Positions 46,738 to 59,700 of a stretch of DNA of 64,000 nt are shown one piece after another. The translations under genes were made by a program, and so were the position numbers. Where the stretch lies: the NCBI GenBank assembly GCA_051294375.1, contig CM119271.1, positions 15,010,770 through 15,074,769 on the forward strand, read 5' to 3'. A model generated the notes under the pieces. It saw only the letters and a program-made list of their open reading frames with translations. It did not search any database and was not told where the DNA came from. Origin of the DNA: Paraspadella gotoi. Its lineage: Eukaryota; Animalia; Chaetognatha. How positions within the stretch are numbered: the stretch's first letter is position 1; each line of letters starts with the position of its first letter.

Positions 46738-46910
46738 ATGGAATACGCGGATGAGAGTGGTTTTTCCTCTGGGCCATCGTCGGATGAGACTCGACCGGCG
46801 ATGAACCGACTTCTCTCTTTATCTTATCATCCCATCGCCGTCCTTTCCTGTCTTTTCTTCGTCTTCGTTTACAACGTCGTCTCGCCGCGTCTCTCCTATT
46901 CTTTGGTTCC

Positions 46911-46960
<50 letters not shown>

Positions 46961-49153
46961 GAAAGTGGAAGTGAGTGGTCGGTCGGTCCTTATCTTTCCT
47001 TCTCCCCTCAGCTACCGCGCCCTCTCGCGAAAGGAGCAGATCGATTGGAACACGCGCATGGTGTCCAACGTGCACGCGGTCATCGTGTCCGCGCTTTGCG
47101 TGCACGAGCTTCTTTTCGACGAGGGCATACGTGCGAATCCTGTTTGGTGCGAGGGATGCCTCGTGCGCTTCAACTGCGCCGTCGTCAGCGGGTACGTTCT
47201 TTTTATGCGATTCGCGTTGCTGTTTTTCTTTTTCGTTTAGCTCGGTAAGTGTAACACAGCTTCATTATTATGTCAAAAGATATGTATCTCATTGGCTGAT
47301 TTCTTATTTTGGTCTACGACTAAGTCCTAGTGAAAGTTGAAGATCAAAATTCGAATAGTTCATTGAACAGTCTTGTACTAAAGAACATTGATAAATAAAA
47401 AAAATTTTTTTAGTTTCTCAATTTTCGCATACGTCCATATTTATACATAGTAGTTAGTACTTACAATAGAAAATGTTAAAATTTTAAAATAGTTTTTTTT
47501 TAGTTTTGGAAGCAATTTTCTAAAAAGAGTTATATTTCCTTTTATCAACTTTTCGTGAGGAATTCGAATCTGCTTTCAAAAATGAGAAAAAAACATTTTA
47601 AAATTTTAACATCTTCTATGGTGAATGCTATGCATAAATAAGGGCGTATGCAAAAATTGAAAAGTAAAAAATATTTTTTTTTTATGGACTCTAACAAAAT
47701 AGTGCGTCCCTAAACCAAAGCTGAATAATGGTTAAACTTCTGAACTAATAAAGAGATAACCATTAGCCAAATATGAGCAAGTCAATCTCTTAGCACTAAA
47801 ATACTAAATTATAATAATTAATTAAAATATTACTATAAATACTGTTAATCACCAGTATTACTAAAGACTATAATTAAGTACTGAAAAACCAAGAATCAGA
47901 ACCAATATTGAAATCCAAAATGAGAATGTATCAATTCAAGTTCAACACTACAATATGTAAATGAGATTGATAAATTCAATCTCATTTAAGAAGATATTAA
48001 ATAAACAATTTAGTCATCCCTTACAAAACCTTTGTTTTTTTCCGCCAATCCACCCTCTCTCACCCACTTACCCTCTGTTCAGCTACCTCCTGGCCGACTT
48101 GGTGATCATCCTTCTTAACTGGAACTTCATCGGCGAAGTCTTCTTCGTCACCCATCACTGCGTCGTCATCTACGGATACTTCTACGTCATGTCTTACGGC
48201 GTCTTGCCTTGGTTCGCCAATTTCCGTCTCTTGGCCGAGATCTCAACGCCATTCGTCAATCAAAGATGGTGAGTTTTCGTTGTCACAGAATTATTTAAAA
48301 AATTAATAAATCAATCCATTAATCGATCTAATTAATCAAATCCAATCCGTCCAAATGGAAAGGTTCCTCGACGTGCTCGGCCTGAAGAAAACGAAGGGCT
48401 ACGTCATCAACGGGTTCATTCTCTTCACCACTTTTTTCTGCGTTCGAATCCTCACGATGCCGCTTTATTATTACCGACTCTACTCTATCTACGACGTCCC
48501 TTTCTTCACGGTATTTTCATAAAATTAACCTTAGTTAATTTATAGTTATTTGATTTATTGAATATTCTTTTTCTCGATTCTGAGGTTAAAAAAAAATATT
48601 CAATACGAAACAAAAAAACAATTTTTTTCGTTTTGATTCGCTCATAATTTTTTCAGACTTCCAGCGACAGCCAAGACTCTCCCCTGTTGACTGATCCCGA
48701 GGTTTAAGACTCAACCATATTTATTACCGCATTTTTAATCACATTTTTTCAACCGCATTTCAATTTTTTTTCGTTAAGCGTAAATTTAGCTTTATTTTTA
48801 CTCAGGCTTTTTTTAATCCTCACCTCAGACCAGTTATTTCTTTTTCAATTATCAATGTAATAATACTTTTTTTTCCTCCTTTCCTCCGTCGTCTGTCCTC
48901 CTCTTTTCAGGATATCGGCCTCATCCGCCACACCGCCGTCCTCTGCTGCCTTCTTCTCGACGCCATCAACGTTTATTGGTTTTCCAAAATCTTCAGAGGC
49001 GCGAGGAAGTTGTACCTGACGTCGAAGAGAGCATCGGGCGACGCCAAGCGGTCCGATCAGCCGGCCGATCCACCAACGACTACGACGCCCTCGAACGGCG
49101 ACGCTCCCAACTCGGAAACTCGTCGCCGCATCGCCGTTGGCGCGAAGGAGTGA
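46738..49153 (+). CDS. TLCD4: TLC-domain membrane protein TLCD4/TMEM56, 5 exons
   Basis: SPRLS....G|Y..LS.KEQIDWNTRMVS.VHA, GYLLADL, FFVTHH, ANFRLLAEISTPFVNQRW|FL and LDAINVYWFSKI.RG. Confidence 0.88.
47398..47680. mobile_element. Small foldback/MITE-like inverted repeat in a TLCD4 intron
   Basis: Left arm (tcaattttcgcatacg..atttatacatag..atgttaaaattttaaaa) is mirrored imperfectly by the right arm (ttttaaaattttaacat..ctatgcataaat..cgtatgcaaaaattga). Confidence 0.55.
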
Positions 49154-49758
49154 CTTTTTCTCTTGGAGTTAATCTCTTTCTTTTCTTCTTGTTGTTCTTG
49201 TGAAATTGGTACAAAACCAATTGGTTTTTTTTTCTTATATAAATTTCTCTGAGATTTTGGTTGTTGTTTCCATTTTTTTTTTTCAGCAATTCAAATTTGT
49301 GACCGTAAAACTGTTTTCATTTTTGAATCGTCAGACGGGCCTCGGCCTCCCTTGGGCGAGATTATTGTTTACTTTTGCTTCTTAGTGACGTCGTTGTTGT
49401 CGTCGTCATTTCGTTCATTCGTTCAATTCATTTCATTCAATTCATTTTATTCAATTAATTTCATTCAATTCGTTTCATTCAATTAATCAATCATTCGTTA
49501 TCATCGCATCAATCAAAAATTTGTTATCATCTCATCAATCATTCGTTATCATCGCATCCACCATTTGGTTAATTTTTTTTTGGCAGGGGATAAATATTGA
49601 GCGATGGATCATTTTGCTTTTAAGATTTTTTCATTAATTTTCTTTGAAAGTAACGTCTGATGACATCACTATACTTTCAAGATTTTTAAAATTCTTATTC
49701 TGGTTTTACCATTAGGTTATTCAATTCCTCGAAAGATTAAATGACGACTACCTATATA

Positions 49759-52296
49759 CAGGGACTTCAATCTGGACTGATACGAAAAAACTTGTAATAT
49801 AATCAAAATGAAGGGCAATCAGGTTATAAAATTTTTTTTATACTAATAGAAAAATATTTGACTTTTTTTTTACCAATTCGTAAGATTCTAGCTAATATAG
49901 TTGCTGTGTTATAAACATTTTTTTCATAGGGTAAATTTTTGAAGAAGCATTTTTTACTTTGAAATTTTTACTTTGAAAGTGGATTTTACTATCAATCCTT
50001 CAGTTCCCATTAAAATAATTAAAATTTTTTCATGCTTCATTTTTATGATTAATAAGATACTGTAGTAAAAGAATAAAATATGGATAAAATACTTAATAAT
50101 AATCATTACCTTTTCCTTTAAAAATCTATTAAAAATAAAAAAATTAAAAGGAAAAAAAATTATGAAAGACCACCTTTTTGATAAATAATAGTTTTCATAG
50201 TAAATACGTTAGGTTTTACATGAATTTTTTTTATAATAATAACCTTGAGGGGTATTGAAGGCGTGAAAGAAATAGAGGGAAATAAATGGTGTATTTCGCG
50301 AAGAGTAGAAACGAGAGAATGTATAGATAGACAAAATATACTGAGGGGCAGAGGAGGAAAGAAGAAGAAGAGGAAAGAAGAATTGGACGGCAGGCTAAAT
50401 CCTCCTCTGCGTCCCCCTTCTTGACCAAGATGTAATGTCCAGGCCACCTATGGCGTGGCATACATGTCATGCTTCCCTCTGGACTAAAAAACAAAGACAC
50501 AGAACTAAAAAAGTGAGAGAAGTCACAAACTAAAACTATTGGATTTCTATCAAAGCTACTATTTAAATGATTAAAAGTTTATTTTTAATTTATGTCACAG
50601 TCATTGACAAATTATGCCACTGCACCATGACTGATATTGATTCTTAAAAAAGGGCAATGGTTAAAGTCTGAGCCAAAAATACAGCAAACTTCTGGCGCAA
50701 CCATGGTCGTAAGTCTATTTCCATCAGTTTAGGGTAAGTATTTTTGCGTTTTCCAAAAGCTGGTTGCCTTCTTTGGTCTTGAGGAACACGTCGATGAGGG
50801 GGGATATAGATTTTTTCAGCGCAGGTTTGAGGGATCATGTATTCTTTCCAGGGTCCAGTTCTTTCATTTCTTGACCGGAAACTGATAAGAGCAGGCTTGA
50901 TTTTGTGTTGATTCTTGTTTGAGTTGATTCTTGCAAATGAAGTTTCTCCTTGGATTTTTCCAGCTTGAGTTTTCACATCATTAGCATAGTCTTTGACAGT
51001 TGGTAGGTCGGTCTGCACTTGAGAATCAGTCTTGGCAACATTGGTTTGTGTTGAAACTGAATCAGAAATGATGGCGGTTTGGGTAGTTTTGGAATAGGAG
51101 GTTGAGTAGGGTATTTTAGTCTGAGTTGATTTATTGCAACTAGCCTTGGGTTTTGAGGTCTGGGTTGAAGCATTGACTTGAGTTGAATAGGTTTGAGTTG
51201 ATGGAGAAGTTGGGTTTTTAAAGGAAGAGGGGACATATGTGTATTCTGCACCGAAGTAAGTAGATCCATTATATTCTTGTCCAGAAATCGTGGGTTTGCA
51301 TTATTAGTATGCAATCTTTTAGAAAAATTCATCAGGTTTTCCAAGATGCCAATATATTCTCTTTTGAGGTCATCAGAACTGATTGGATCTTTAAAGTTGA
51401 TTGCTGCCATTTTCAGGGAGTGTCTATTCTGTATTCCACATTAAGGGACTTGCTATTTCCGTTTCTTTAAGAGGTTGTCCAATCTCAACTTTCGCCTTTT
51501 TCAGTCACCGAGGAGGGAGAGAGAGAGGGAGAGAGAGAGAGGGAAAGAAAGAGTTGAAGCGATCTTGTTTTTAAGTTCAAAGTTTGATGTTTAGATTTTG
51601 AAAATTCCAAGTTTTGGTTGATGAAGAGTGAAGAGAAAAGAGAAAATTATCTTGTAATAAATATCAAGTAGGGTTTTGTTTCTAAAATTATGCAGCTTCT
51701 TTGTAATGGTTTAGTCGAATAAAATCCTTTCTTTTTGGGGAGGAAGATTTGTCCAATTTAGTTGATTTCCGAGTTTCTGTTTTTGATAATTTCCACGGTT
51801 TTTTTGCTGAGGGTTTGCACGGGAAACTTAATCCACGGGGAGTAGGGTGTCGAGCCGCGAAGAGGGCGTCACTTGTGGGGTATTGAAGGCGTGAAGAAAT
51901 AGAGGGAAAATAATGGTGTATTTCGCAAAGAGTAAAAACGAGAGAATGTATAGCTAGACAAAATATACTGAGGGGCAGAGGAGGAAAGAAGAGGAAGAGG
52001 AGAATTGGACGGCAGGCTAAATCCTCCTCTGATAACAAATCACCAAACTGAATTTTTATCATCAAAAATGTTTATTTTTATAACATAAATTTACATTCAG
52101 CGTTAAAATTTGGACAAAAAAAATGTAGAAAAGTGATTCCGCTCTTTGATTATACTATTAGAAAATTTGAACATTTTTTTAGGTCAACATAAACGTCAAG
52201 TAGTTTTCTAACTAATAAATATTATAAAAAAATATACAGTGAAAGAATTACGAGTTTAATCAAGTATTTTCGTATCAATCCAGATTGAAGTCCATG
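49759..52296. mobile_element. ~2.5-kb TA-flanked TIR DNA element with internal duplication and cargo ORFs
   Basis: Left end TA|CAGGGACTTCAATCTGGACTGATACGAAAAAACTTG versus right end (reverse complement) TA|CATGGACTTCAATCTGGATTGATACGAAAATACTTG. A ~160-bp direct repeat lies at ~50249-50410 and ~51877-52031. Confidence 0.8.
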
Positions 52297-53744
52297 TATT
52301 AAGTTGCTAGTTAAAAAAACGCTTCTTCATTTTGTCCGTCCGTATTTCCGGTTTTATAAAGCCTGTGATTTTTTTTCAATCGATTAATTAGTTGTTGTAA
52401 ATGTCTAACCACGTTTTATTTTGCACGACGCTTCGCAAACGAATTTATTTTTTCTAACTTAAAAAAATAATTAAATTATTAAACTCGTGTAATTAAATAC
52501 GATTTGCACAAAGTGCACCAATAGAATTGACCTTTTAACGGTTTGAATAGTTGTGCATTAATCAATAGTAATATTTAACTAATATCGAAAGTTATTAACG
52601 CAAACATTGTTGTATGAAAGTTCTGGTTCTACTTGACGCTCATGATTATTCAAGTCTTAAATTTCATCGTGAGGAATGTGGTTCGATTTTCGATAGACCA
52701 TGCAAAACAATTTCGTAGTAAAGGAAGTGATTTCGTTACTTTTTCTCTTTTTGTTCATTACCGTCCAATATCATTTCATTTATAAATCTGACGAATACTC
52801 ACTCATACCTTTACATATGTAAATTGTGATTTTATTATTTGATTACAAAGGTTTTTAGAAAATTTAAAGAAAAAATTTATCGATGAAAAAAAAAATCAGT
52901 TTGACTGAGCTTTTAAAAAGATGTGTTGCTGCTGCTGCTGCATTAGTCCACAATTTCGTTTCCCCTCTTCAAGCAATAACTATTTTCATGTGGAAAAGGG
53001 AGACCCTCATTTTATTTCCCCAACACAAATTATTTATAAAGAACAACTACAATATTCCTTGTTTTAATGTTTTTCCATTTATTTAACCCATAGGCATAGG
53101 ATTATTTTTTGTAATTTATGATTTGACGCGTTTTGACATCCTCTCCCACCTTTTTCTATCAACTTGAGGCTATAAAATCCATTGTTGGATGTCTTGTCAA
53201 CTATTAGCTGTGAATTGTAACGGAGTAACACGGCGAAACGATTTCTCTTGAAATTGACCCACGAGGCCGAGACACAAAGGATATTAACGCTCTCAACTTT
53301 TGGCCTTTTAAAAGATTTAAATCGTTTTTAGCCCGATTTTTCTTTTTACGTACCTCAAAAAAGCCTTTGTCGAAAGAAGTTTATTTTTATGATTTCAGTT
53401 TTGATCATTGAATCCTCGTATAACTTATTATTATTATTAGGTACGTATTTCCTTTCTCCCTCCACCGATTATCACTTGGACGATTCTAATCATTTGGAAT
53501 TCTAAAAAAAAAAAAAAAGAAAATCCCATCAATGATTTTTTTTTTCATTTCACTAATTGCCTTTCGTTGTCTTTCTTTTTGAAAAGAAAAAAAAAGAAAA
53601 AAATATCCTCCGAAATCGAAACTCTCTCTGCTCACACTTATCGAATAAAAAAAAAATATCCTCTCTATCTCTATCTCGCTTTGAAAACCAGTCTGATCCG
53701 ATTCTCTCTCGAACCCGACAGAACCGTCCCTCGATCATGGCCGA

Positions 53745-56700
53745 ATGGCTTCTCCACTTTCGCCCCTCGGATTCGGGCGCCTCCAGACTTTTCCTCCGCT
53801 TTTTCGCTTCCGGCTGAAGGCTGCGGCGGCGACTGCGGCGACTGCGGCGGCGGGACAGCGCCGCGGACTTTTTCAGGCGATTGAGCCGAAATCGGAGACG
53901 GAAGCGACGATGAAAGTGTTGAACGTCGCCGAGAAAAACGACGCGGCGAAAAATATCGCGAGGATCATGAACGGAAACGCGGAGCCGACGAAGAGGAGAG
54001 GTTAAATTTAGAGGGGAGTGGGAATGTGGTTGGGGGGGAGTGGGAATGTGGTGGGGGGGGGGAGGGGAATGTGGTGGGGGGAGTGGGAATGTGGTTGGGG
54101 GGTGGAGTGGGAATGTGGTTGGGGAGTGGGAATGTGGTTGGGGTGGAGTGGGAATGTGGTTGGGGGGTGGAGTGGGAATGTGGTTGGGGGGTGGAGTGGG
54201 ATGTGGGTATGGGAATTGGTTGGGGGGTGGAGTGGGAAGTGGTTGGGGGAGTGGGAATGTGGTTGGGGGAGAGTGGGCATGGGTTGGTGGGGTGGAGTGG
54301 GAATGTGGTTGGGGGGGTGGAGTGGGAATGTGGTTGGGGGGGTGGAGTGGGAATGTGGTTGGGCGGGAGTGGGAATGTGGTTGGGGGAGAGTGGGCATGT
54401 GGTTGGTGGGGAGTGGGATTGTGGTTGGTGGGGAGTGGGTGTGTGGTTGGGGGGAGTGGGAATGTGGTTGGGGGGGATGTTAACAATAAAAGCGGACCAA
54501 AGAGAAAAAAAAGAAATTTAGAAAAAAGGATGAGATCAGGGGACAAAGCAATTCCATCCACATGAGGCGGCAACTCAATCACGGGACATCGGGAAGCAAG
54601 CAGGTCCCCATTCTCGCGCTGAAGGCAGACAGATAGTCTATAGAGGTCAATAGACATGCATTCATTCGTTGCTTGGAGTTTGAGAGAGCGTCCAGATCCC
54701 ATGGTAACATCCATCGGCCGGTACTATCGGCGGTAGTTTGCCTTCATACTTGGCATGTTTGGCCTACAATTGGAACGTTCTTTAAATAATTAAACCACTT
54801 CATTGATAGAGAATCCATGATCTCCCGGAGTTAATAGATTAGCCTTCGAGTCTTGCTTAAAAGCTTTCAGGGTCTCGCGATGGTATTATCCTGTAAGAGG
54901 GATGAAGGCCTTAATGCACCATAGCCAGTCTAATGTCAGGAGGCATCATAGCTTATTTGTTATAAAAATTGTTATATTATTCTTTCCAATTTCATAATGA
55001 AACTCTTTTGGTCTCACTCTCTCAGGCTTCTCCAAATACAACATGATCTACGAGTTTTCCTATTCGATCCTCGGCCACCAAAACGTCCGCATGGTGATGA
55101 CCTCCGTCTCGGGTCATCTCCTCAACCTCGACTTCACATCCTCCTACAGAGGCTGGACCTCGTGCAGCCCGCTCGCCCTCTTCGACGCCCCCGTCGTCGC
55201 CTACTGCCCCGACGCCTACAAGGACATCAAGAGGAATTTGGAGAAGGAGATAAGGGGGTGCGATGGTGAGGAGTGGGTGGGGGGAAAGGTGAGACAGGAT
55301 TTAAGATTGGGAGGCGGTGGCGACTGGCGATGAAACATTTGAGCGAAACTGACTTGCACAACGAAGGTTTTTGAAATTAAAATTAAGATTAGTTTCCTAG
55401 TAACTAAGTAGTACTAAAGCTAAAGTATTGACTCTCCCCTCCCGCTTCCAGCCCTCATCATCTGGACCGATGGCGACCGTGAAGGAGAAAACATTGGGTT
55501 CGAGATTATCTCCGTCTGTCGCGCGATCAAACCAAAAGTTCCCGTCCATAGGGCGCGATTCTCCGAAATCACAGCCACCGCCATCAGACGCGCCTGCAAT
55601 AACCTCGTCAGGCCCGATGAGGTTAGAATTGAACATTTAACAGATGTACACTGCGACCCCCCAAAAAAGTAGTCACAAGCTTTAAATACACCACTATTTC
55701 TTTTTGAATTTTGAAAAAAATATATGTATATATTGGTTGTACCAATTTGAAAAGTATAGCTCTTTTAAAGAGCTATCAATTGATGCAAGAAAAATTTGAA
55801 TTGGTTCAGGCAGTAGTATATAGCAAGATTTTAAAATCTGTCTCATTATAGAATTGATAAAAAGTTATTTCTAAATGTTGATGACACTTCTTTTTCTGAC
55901 TGATGATTATAATATAATGAATTAGCTTTATTTTTATATAAAAATATTTTTTGAAATTTTGCCAAATATATTTAAATAATAAATACTAAAAAAAATTAAT
56001 TTTTTAAAAATATTTTAAAATCAAAAAGTAATTTTATGATAAAAATTAAAAAAATAGTTTTAATATAATTGTGAGTGTTTTAGTCTGCTTCAACACGAGA
56101 TGCTATAAGGAAAAATATTTAGATATGAAAAAGCTTTGAAAGTAACTTTGGGTAAGTATTTCTCAACTGTTTTTTCCTTACTTTTAAAATATTGTTTTTT
56201 TATATAGTTCCCCTACTTATTTTAATTTGATTTGGGTTAAAAATGGTTGAAACCTATCCCTATAGATATTTGATGCTGAATTTGTTCAGCTAATATCATA
56301 TTATAAATGTTTTCTTTTTAAATTTTTTATACCAATCAACTTCGAGGTCCTATAACTTTTGAACGCTTTGCTCGATTTTATTGGGACTTGAACCAATCGT
56401 TTCTATATCTTTATAGCCATCCAATATAGTTTTTCTGTCTGAAACGAGTGGCTACTTTTTTTTGCGCCGCAGTGTACGTAGTCGGCAGCTCATTTTTAGT
56501 CGAATCTGCTTATCACAGATTTCGACTTTTAAAAATCTTCACATTGTCGGTCTATCAGTCAGCCCCAATAATTGGCAATGTCCTGTCGGTAAATCACTTA
56601 GAATATCTCGCAATCAAATTATAAAAATTTGTTATCAGTTTTAAAGGCATTACTCGTGATTGGATGGATCAATTGAGTTTAAATTGTGGATGGAAATAAA

Positions 56701-59700
56701 AAAGTGCGTATTGATTTGTCGGAATCCTATAGTTGAAAACTTAAAATGAGTTTTTAATGAAAACAAACATAGCGGGCAGATCCGACATTGTTTGCTCAAA
56801 CTTATTTTAGTTTTAATTTTACTTCAACTTCCCGTCCCACCTCCCCCTCTTATTTTTCCCCCTAGCGAATGAACGACGCGGTGGAACTCCGCAAAGAGTT
56901 GGACCTTCGCATCGGCGCTGCCTTCACTCGATTCCAGACGCTGAGGTTGAAACATCAGTTTCCTCGAACACTCGCCGACAATCTCGTTTCTTACGGGAGG
57001 TGAGAAATCTCCTCCGGGGGAGAGTAATACTTGGTTAATGATTTATAACAAAAATGAATAATAGACGAGTTCGTTTGAAAGTTGAATGATAAAATAATCT
57101 TCCTTTTGGTACTTAATCTTATTTGCATAGTGGAGTAATTTGCTATATGATATATTTTACAACATCAAAATTTAGTTGGTATGAAACTTAATGAAAATCG
57201 TCGTTAGAGTTTCGACACTTTTCTTTTGTCAAGTCTCAAGACAACAGTATGCAATTGAGCTTTTAACTGATAAAATAGTGGGAGTTGTTTACGTCCGTAT
57301 TTAAGGAAATTTAAAGAGGAATTGGAAAATGCCCTTTTCCCTCTACAATTACTTTCAAAGAAAAAGACGTTTTCATTCTGACTTAACCTGATCCTCAGTT
57401 GTCAATTCCCTACCCTGGGCTTCGTCGTCGAGAGATACAAATCCATCGAGAATTTCATCCCCGAAGAATTTTGGAAGATCAAAGTCTTTCACTCGAAGAA
57501 GGGAGACTCGAGGTGCGAGTTCGTGTGGGATCGTGGGAGACTCTTCGATCAACTCTGCGCTCAAGTCATTCACGAGGTGTCAGATCGAGATCACTGAGAA
57601 ACGAGACTAATAATTAGTAATCGCGCATGGATAAGTTGGCAGTCTTTTAAGAATCTTCGCCTCCGTCCAAAATACTCCTCTTCCTCGTTAAGGAATGCCT
57701 CTCTCGACCCGAAGCCCTCGTCACCGACGTCATCAACAAACCCAAATCAAAATGGCGCCCGTTGCCCATGGATACGGTCGAGTTGGAAAAGCTCGCCAGC
57801 AAAAAGTTGCGGATTCCTGCCAAAGAGACCATGAGGATTGCAGAGAAGCTTTATACATCTGGTGAGGGGTTGAGAATCTCTCTCTCACTCTCTCACTCTC
57901 TCACCTTCCCCCCTCCTCCTCGTTCCCAGGCTTCATCTCCTATCCACGAACTGAGACCAACAAATTCGCCAAAGGCATTGATCTTCGATCTCTCGTCGAC
58001 CAACAGACCAATCACCCCGACTGGGGCGCTTTCGCCCGCCGCATCAACGAGGACCCCGACTGGGGCGCCGCCCCCAACCCGCGGCAGGGATCAAAGAGCG
58101 ACGAGGCTCATCCGCCCATCCATCCTTTAAAGCCGGCCCCAGGCCTGACGGGCAATGAGGCCCGGGTTTACGAGTTGATCGCCAGGCATTTTCTCGCCTG
58201 TTGCTCGCAGGACGCCAGGGGGAGCGAGACCGTCGTTCACATCAGGGTGAGAGGAGAGGAGATAGGGCTTTTTAATCTCATTTGCATATTGTAGTATTTG
58301 GAAAGACTATCAATAATTGTAGCGTTAAGTTGTCAGCTTGTTCTCTATTTTATGATCAAATGGGGCGCGAAAAAATATAGCATTCCTCTTTACTTGACAT
58401 TGTTCGCTTCGAAAATTCACCTTAATTTTGGAACATTAATACACTTAGTATTAGTATACATTAGTATACTATCTTTTGTAATCTGACGCGACACCAATTT
58501 TAGGTGGCGGAAGAGAAATTCGTGGCCCAAGGCCTCATCATCACTGAACGCAACTACCTCGATGTTTATCCTTACGATCGATGGAGCGGGAAAGAGATCC
58601 CCGATTATTCCGTCGACGAGCGATTCGATCCAGACTCGATCGATCTCGTCGATGGAGAGACCACGGCGCCGCCTCTATTGACGGAGGCGGATCTCATTTC
58701 ACTTATGGTGAGAGATGGGAGTTAATTAGTCAATTAGTTAATTACGGGAATTATTTTTTTTTAAAACGTCAGCTCTTATTTTCGATGGTCGGACAGGAAT
58801 CTGAAAAATTTGTTCCACTTAGACCCTTTTGAGTTAGACCCAAAACGGCGGCCGTAATGAGTTTTTTTTTTCATTCTCCATCAACGACCCCTATCACTCC
58901 ATCATAGGAGAAACACGGGATCGGCACGGATGCGACCCACGCCGACCACATCAACACCATCAAAGAGAGAGAATACGTGGGCGTCCAAGCCAACGGGACA
59001 TTCCTGCCGGGCAAGATCGGCATGGGGCTCGTCACGGGCTACGACGAGATGGGTGTGGGAATGTCCAAGCCCGACGACAGAGCGGCGCTGGAGAGGGACT
59101 TGGTCCACGTCTGTAACGGAGTCAAGACAAAGGTGTGAGGAAATTAGTCTTTTTTTTAATATTTAATACGTATTTATTAAAATTATATTAAATTTAATAT
59201 TTGATGGGTCGATTAGGCGCAAGTTCTCGAGGCGCAAGTCGCCAATTACCGACGGATCTTCGAAGTGTCTCTTCGCGAGGCCGCCAAACTGGACGAGTCA
59301 ATGTCTAAGTATTTGGACGAGCGGGTTGCGGGAGGTGGAGCTGGAGGAGGCGGTGGCGGTGGCGGTGGTGATGATGATGGTAGAGGTGGTGGCGGCGGCG
59401 GTGGACTCGGAGCAGGTCTCTCCGTGCCCGGTCTCACCGATTTGAAGACGTTCGATCCGATAGCAAAGTGTCCTTCTTGCGGAAGGCACGACCTTACTCT
59501 CAAGACGAAGAAGGACAACAAGGCAAGTTTCATGTTATTCCATTCTTTCTTAATGATTTTGTTCAGTGGATAAATTAATTTTTCGCTTTAATTTCATTTA
59601 ATTTTTTCATTCTTTTTCTGTTATCCCTTCTCTCAGGGTTTCTTCATCGGCTGCGAGGGATACCCCGACTGCCGCGCCGTTCTTTGGCTGCCAGATTCCG

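Noticed and set aside
53553-54714. Long Pro/His-rich and Gly/Trp-rich ORFs on both strands
   Set aside because: Translations of the G-rich minisatellite, which lacks stop codons.
54500-54890. Moderately GC-rich intronic segment as a LINE or other coding fragment
   Set aside because: No recognisable RT or endonuclease motif in any frame by eye; left unassigned.
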